DNA of 32,000 nucleotides from Bacillus subtilis subsp. subtilis str. 168. Its GTDB lineage: Bacteria; Bacillota; Bacilli; Bacillales; Bacillaceae. Under the pieces are notes generated by a model, which was not told the DNA's origin, did not search any database, and was given only the letters and a program-made list of their open reading frames with translations. Every line of letters starts with the position of its first letter. Within the stretch, counting starts at the first letter, position 1. Location: NCBI RefSeq assembly GCF_000009045.1, contig NC_000964.3, forward strand, positions 2,160,001 through 2,192,000. The letters run 5' to 3'. Both the position numbers and the translations under genes were made by a program. Below are positions 27,819-32,000 of this stretch, piece by piece.

Positions 27819-28115
27819 TTATAAATATTCTACTAGACCATCGTCTTTAGCCCCTTCTGCTATTAGACTATAGGCAGCCAGAAGATACTCTTTGATTTTC
27901 TCTTTAGTTTCTTCCCCGAATGCATCAAAACCAATTTTAACATCGCTTGAGTAATTAATTTTCCTATTCCCTACTTGAACTACATTTTCCTTTTTAATTT
28001 GAGCAATAAAATAAGCATTTGCTAGGTTCTTTCCTAAATACTCCTCTGTTAATGGATCATAATCATCGAAAACCTCATACCGTATTTCTCCGATTCTAAG
28101 CTTCTGCTCACTCAT
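27819..28115 (-). CDS. yorB: Hypothetical protein (YorB-like), LexA-box-associated
   Basis: 98-aa ORF with LexA/DinR-like box and promoter upstream. Confidence 0.75.
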   Translation of the reverse strand: MSEQKLRIGEIRYEVFDDYDPLTEEYLGKNLANAYFIAQIKKENVVQVGNRKINYSSDVKIGFDAFGEETKEKIKEYLLAAYSLIAEGAKDDGLVEYL

Positions 28116-28177
28116 ACTCTCATCCCCTGTTTTGAAATTTTTGGTACTACTAAATTATATACCAAAACCCATAAAGG

Positions 28178-28189
28178 GAACAAGTGTTC
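28178..28189. promoter_or_regulatory. LexA/DinR-like operator
   Basis: GAACAAGTGTTC matches the Bacillus DinR core GAAC-N4-GTTC; just upstream of a TATAAT at about 28153-28158 (minus strand). Confidence 0.78.
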
Positions 28190-28203
28190 TCGTTAAGAAT
28201 TTT

Positions 28204-29985
28204 TTATTTATAATCGATTACTGTATCATCTAAGGCTAATCTAGGTGTGCCGCTGTCGTATGTATTATGTATTAAAGTTGTACTGGAAGCATTAAACGTT
28301 GCAAATGGATGCGAAAGCACTCTTGCACCAATACCTTGAACATCATTCCTTATTAATCGAACCTTTTTTGTCCCGTTTAAATATATTCCATAGCCTTGAT
28401 CTGAATCTCTGTTAAACATAATTTCATTTCCTCTAACCATATGCTCAGAACCGCCTATTAAGTGGATCGCAATGATTGCTTTGCAATTATAGATCTGGTT
28501 ATCACTTATTCTGATATTGTACATATCAGCTGCCCCCATAATTGCAACATTTCTTGGTTCAAATATCTCATTCCTTGTTAGGAAGACTTCTGAATCTTTA
28601 TCCCAATATATCCCGTAACCTTTTCCACTCAATAAGAAATCGTTTAGCTTAATTCTGACTGCCTGAGATCTCTCACAATATAGACCTCCGTAAAGATTGG
28701 AGAACGTATTATTTAAGAATTTAACGTCATTCGAATCCATCACTTTAATTGCATATGCTGAAGTTGTACCTTTCCCTTTATTATTGCTTACTTTAATATC
28801 TGATGAATTTCTCACCTGGATCTGAATACAATCGCTGTCCTGTATTCTGTTGTTTGAAATGGAAACATCTTCGGCCATATGTGTTGCTATTGCACAATTT
28901 GAAGCGTTCTTTACGGTATTATTATCAATCGATACCCCTTTCCCTCTAATCATCATGCCTATTTTAAACCCTTGAATATTGTTATCAGTTATTTGAATTC
29001 TGTTGCCAGTCTCAGTGCTCGAAACACCTACAGAGTCTATTCCGTACTCTTTAGACCCCCCTTCATTTATTATCTTGTTACCCTTAATACTCACATCTGT
29101 ACTGTAGCCATATGAAATAACATTGTCACAGTAGTTATCTTTGATGGAAACTTTACCGCTTGTATGAGCAGTAACCGAACCACGACCATTTTTTCTAAAC
29201 CTGCAATCCGATATCGTTAACTCATAAGGATGATCATACTTTCTTCCGTTTTCTCCGTAGCCCTCTAAATCAATACCTAGTTGAGGGCCAATTGTATCTC
29301 CTCCAGCTTCCTCTATATCACAGTCTTCAACCAATAATCCTTCACAACCGTTAGTAGCTAAATTGTTCCGTCTCCCTCTTTTTAGTTCGCATTTTCTTAC
29401 GGTAACACTTTTGGAAGGCGTATAAACCATCCCTGGGTAATTCATCATTCCGTGAGCTGCAATCCAAATGTTGTCTCCAATACAATCTGAGATTTGTACA
29501 TTTTCAATCAAAACATTTTTGCTTCCATGAACATGTATTCCAAATCCCCATTCATGTGTTTTTCTATCGGTATCAATTAGAGAATAATCATGTTGATACC
29601 GGTCACCTATAATACGACCTCCTCTAATTATTACGTTCTCTGCAAGCCCAATATAAAAACAAGAATAGCCCTGATACCCATTAGGGTTAACTTGAAACAC
29701 TGCTTCTGGATCCAAAAGGAGCTCCATATTTGATGGGATTTTAATTCCCCCACCAATTTCAGGATTTCGTTGATTTAATGTATTTACTGAATCAATAATA
29801 AAATTCCCTTTTGGAACTTCAACAATAGGAAAGTTGTTCTCTGATGCATATATAAGAGCTTCATTAAATCCTTTAGTTGTTTCAATTGGATTCGAGTTAA
29901 ATGCATTTATTCCCCACTGATCAAAGTCAACATAGTATCGTATGGATTTATTCAACAATGTCATGGTGCTACACCAGCCATACAA
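28204..29985 (-). CDS. yorA: Right-handed beta-helix (pectate-lyase-like) protein, YorA-like
   Basis: 593 aa with repeated GIxIxxNxI-type coils (VSIKGNKIINE, IQITDNNIQGF, VSISNNRIQDS, IRISDNQIYNC). Confidence 0.88.
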   Translation of the reverse strand: MYGWCSTMTLLNKSIRYYVDFDQWGINAFNSNPIETTKGFNEALIYASENNFPIVEVPKGNFIIDSVNTLNQRNPEIGGGIKIPSNMELLLDPEAVFQVNPNGYQGYSCFYIGLAENVIIRGGRIIGDRYQHDYSLIDTDRKTHEWGFGIHVHGSKNVLIENVQISDCIGDNIWIAAHGMMNYPGMVYTPSKSVTVRKCELKRGRRNNLATNGCEGLLVEDCDIEEAGGDTIGPQLGIDLEGYGENGRKYDHPYELTISDCRFRKNGRGSVTAHTSGKVSIKDNYCDNVISYGYSTDVSIKGNKIINEGGSKEYGIDSVGVSSTETGNRIQITDNNIQGFKIGMMIRGKGVSIDNNTVKNASNCAIATHMAEDVSISNNRIQDSDCIQIQVRNSSDIKVSNNKGKGTTSAYAIKVMDSNDVKFLNNTFSNLYGGLYCERSQAVRIKLNDFLLSGKGYGIYWDKDSEVFLTRNEIFEPRNVAIMGAADMYNIRISDNQIYNCKAIIAIHLIGGSEHMVRGNEIMFNRDSDQGYGIYLNGTKKVRLIRNDVQGIGARVLSHPFATFNASSTTLIHNTYDSGTPRLALDDTVIDYK

Positions 29986-30785
29986 TACACATTTTCATTA
30001 ATGAATTTAGTTAGAACAGCAATATAGTCATAAAAAACTTGATTCTGCGTTCCATTGCGTCCAGCCAGTGTAAAAGTATTAAACATTTCTCTTCGTTGTT
30101 CAGTGCTTATTTCAAGTTGAATACTCATACCAGTGCTATTTTTATTAGCAATGTTCTGCTCATTTGTGCCTGCTAAACGGGAATCTTCAGACAGTAATTC
30201 TGCAGAAAAGCCTGCATCGGTAAGTAATGATGTGATCTTTGCTGCTTTTTCTCTGTCTGTCCCACCAACTAAAGTGTGTTTCTTACTTGATGCATACCCA
30301 TGAATTGAGATTGTTAAATCATGCTTACTCAATAAATCTAAAGCTTGAGGTTCATCGAAATTCGTACTTGTAATATGCAACTCAGAAGCTCCTGGTATCC
30401 TTAAACCTTCAAATAGATAGGCAGAGTAAGACTTACTTAATTCTCTTGCAAGCTCACTAGTCCCTCCTTCAATACCTCCACCATGGGGTGCCAGAATAAG
30501 CACTCTCCTGTCAACATCGGTAGTTAGAATGTTATAGCTCAAAGGTGACTCATTTTCTTTCAACTCTTCAAAATTACTATACTTATCTGCAGCTAGAACT
30601 GAATTGGGATTAAACAATGCAAACAATGAAGTAACTAGGATTGGAAAAGACTTCTTGTCTGTGATATACTTATATAGCTTCGTAACCTTGCGAAGTGTGC
30701 GGTAGAGAAGGACTGGCCCGCCAAAGCTTGCCTTCTCTGCCCCCTTAACTCTTTTTTCTACTATTCTGTTTTTAAACTTTAACAA
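29961..30785 (-). CDS. yoqZ: Poly-gamma-glutamate hydrolase family protein with signal peptide
   Basis: VLILAPHGGGIEGGTSELARELS, ISIHGYASS, GMSIQLEISTEQRR; N-terminal hydrophobic segment ending SVLAA. Confidence 0.88.
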   Translation of the reverse strand: MLKFKNRIVEKRVKGAEKASFGGPVLLYRTLRKVTKLYKYITDKKSFPILVTSLFALFNPNSVLAADKYSNFEELKENESPLSYNILTTDVDRRVLILAPHGGGIEGGTSELARELSKSYSAYLFEGLRIPGASELHITSTNFDEPQALDLLSKHDLTISIHGYASSKKHTLVGGTDREKAAKITSLLTDAGFSAELLSEDSRLAGTNEQNIANKNSTGMSIQLEISTEQRREMFNTFTLAGRNGTQNQVFYDYIAVLTKFINENVYCMAGVAP

Positions 30786-30883
30786 TCAACAACTCTCCTT
30801 AAATAGGTTTATTTTTATTTTTTACTTTCATCTTATAAGCAATCACATTAGTACCACCCCCTTCTCCGAATAAAAAATTACTT

Positions 30884-31279
30884 TTATGCAGACTCAATAC
30901 TGATGCCAGTATCTTTTAACAATTCAATTTGTTCCGATGGAATATCCGATTTCACCATACTCCACCCGACTAAGGTCATTCCGTAATAAAGATCGGTTAG
31001 TTCAACTTCATCATTCAACTCACCTTTTAATCGAATCATTCGATCTTTATATTTTTCATGACCAACAATATCAAAGCTCTGATTATAAATTGCATATGTT
31101 TTACCGTTTGCTTCGTTGTCTTGATATGGGGTATAGACTGCCCTGCCGTCAGACAAGCTCGGATCAGTTTTCAACCATTCATATACCTCTTCATCAGATT
31201 GAGCAAGCAAATATGTAAAGATACCCCGCTCACTTCCCTTGGGTGCAAAGTGCTCTAACATAATTTCATATAAGTTCAT
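30884..31279 (-). CDS. Hypothetical protein (YoqY-like)
   Basis: 131-aa ORF with GGGAGG upstream. Confidence 0.75.
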   Translation of the reverse strand: MNLYEIMLEHFAPKGSERGIFTYLLAQSDEEVYEWLKTDPSLSDGRAVYTPYQDNEANGKTYAIYNQSFDIVGHEKYKDRMIRLKGELNDEVELTDLYYGMTLVGWSMVKSDIPSEQIELLKDTGISIESA

Positions 31280-31333
31280 TTCAATTACCTCCCTGGATTC
31301 TGGTTAAAATATCGTTTTTATCTAGATTTCTGT

Positions 31334-31597
31334 TTACTTATTTCTTCTAATTTTATTTTTATCCAACAAATCAATAATGTAAGTTTCAAACATGTCATCC
31401 CAATAAGGATCTGTTCTCGCTATGTATTTCTTTGTTCTTCCGTTCTCCTCAATCTTAAAGGTTTGCCCCTTTTGAATATCGGTGAACTTTTTCTTTCTCC
31501 ATATTCCCCTAATCAACACATCAACTTCTTTAACCTCAACTGTTTGCTGCGGCATCACATTCCTCCTTTTTGATTTTCGTGTATCAAGCCTGTACAA
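31334..31597 (-). CDS. Hypothetical protein (YoqX-like), probable start at [10 protein letters not shown]
   Basis: Beta-rich small ORF; AAAAGGAGG precedes the internal ATG of MPQQTV. Confidence 0.7.
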
Positions 31598-31598
31598 T
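31570..31598 (+). promoter_or_regulatory. SigA-type promoter for the SRAP gene
   Basis: TTGATT-N17-TACAAT followed by AAAGGATGATGAAC and ATG at 31626. Confidence 0.75.
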
Positions 31599-31625
31599 AT
31601 TCAAAAACCCTAAAGGATGATGAAC

Positions 31626-32000
31626 ATGTGTGGCAGGTTCACTTTATTTTCTGAGTTTGATGACATCATTGAGCAATTCAATATAGATCAATTCTTACCT
31701 GAAGGTGAATATCACCCTAGCTATAATGTCGCTCCTTCACAAAACATCCTGACAATCATCAACGATGGATCCAATAACCGTCTGGGCAAACTTAGATGGG
31801 GTCTTATCCCTCCATGGGCTAAAGACGAAAAGATCGGCTATAAAATGATTAATGCCCGTGCTGAAACATTGTCCGAGAAACCCAGCTTTCGAAAGCCGCT
31901 CGTAAGCAAACGTTGTATCATACCGGCTGACAGTTTTTATGAATGGAAACGCCTTGATCCAAAGACTAAGATTCCTATGCGGATTAAACTTAAATCGTCC
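31626..32000 (+). CDS. yoqW: SRAP (SOS response-associated peptidase/HMCES-like) domain protein, partial
   Basis: MCGRFTLFSEFDDIIEQF...HPSYNVAPSQN...LRWGLIPPWAKD...INARAETLSEKPSF...CIIPADSFYEW; open at window end. Confidence 0.93.
   Translation, partial: MCGRFTLFSEFDDIIEQFNIDQFLPEGEYHPSYNVAPSQNILTIINDGSNNRLGKLRWGLIPPWAKDEKIGYKMINARAETLSEKPSFRKPLVSKRCIIPADSFYEWKRLDPKTKIPMRIKLKSS

Noticed and set aside
6871-31390. Recurrent A/T tracts such as AAAAATAAAA just upstream of many RBS
   Set aside because: Too degenerate to call a defined repeat; consistent with AT-rich translation enhancers and leader composition in Bacillus. Only the 29-bp element was conserved enough to report.
1-32000. CRISPR array, tRNA or rRNA genes, transposase or integrase
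   Set aside because: No regularly spaced direct repeats, tRNA-like cloverleaf runs, rRNA-like sequence, or recombinase motifs seen by reading; mobile elements are limited to the introns and intein.

Overview
This window is the early/replication half of an SPbeta-type temperate phage (or prophage) of Bacillus. Almost everything is transcribed from the minus strand. Reading in transcription order (right to left): a small + strand SRAP gene (yoqW, cut by the right window edge), a poly-gamma-glutamate hydrolase overlapping a beta-helix protein, small yorB-E-like genes with a LexA/DinR-like box, a replication cluster (yorF-yorL-like: possible ssDNA-associated protein, P-loop NTPase, zinc-finger protein, DnaB-like helicase, primase-like protein, DHH/RecJ-like nuclease, DnaE-type polymerase III alpha), a 3D-domain protein, a nucleotide kinase and deoxyribonucleotidase, a C5-cytosine methyltransferase, many small unknown genes, and the nrdI-nrdE-nrdF ribonucleotide reductase cluster. 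The RNR genes carry three intervening elements: a group I intron plus a 385-aa LAGLIDADG intein in nrdE, and a group I intron with an HNH endonuclease in nrdF. Signals beyond the ORF track are: a near-identical 29-bp promoter-like element repeated three times; overlap of the HNH gene's 3' end with the intron catalytic core; an isolated + strand YjcZ-like 39-aa gene with its own terminator; probable ATT-initiated genes; several missed genes under 60 aa; and atypical motifs in the intein, the primase-like protein and the kinase. I see no CRISPR array, tRNA or rRNA. Most of the core is recognisable as SPbeta-like, so novelty is more likely in the regulatory elements and small genes than in a wholly new system.
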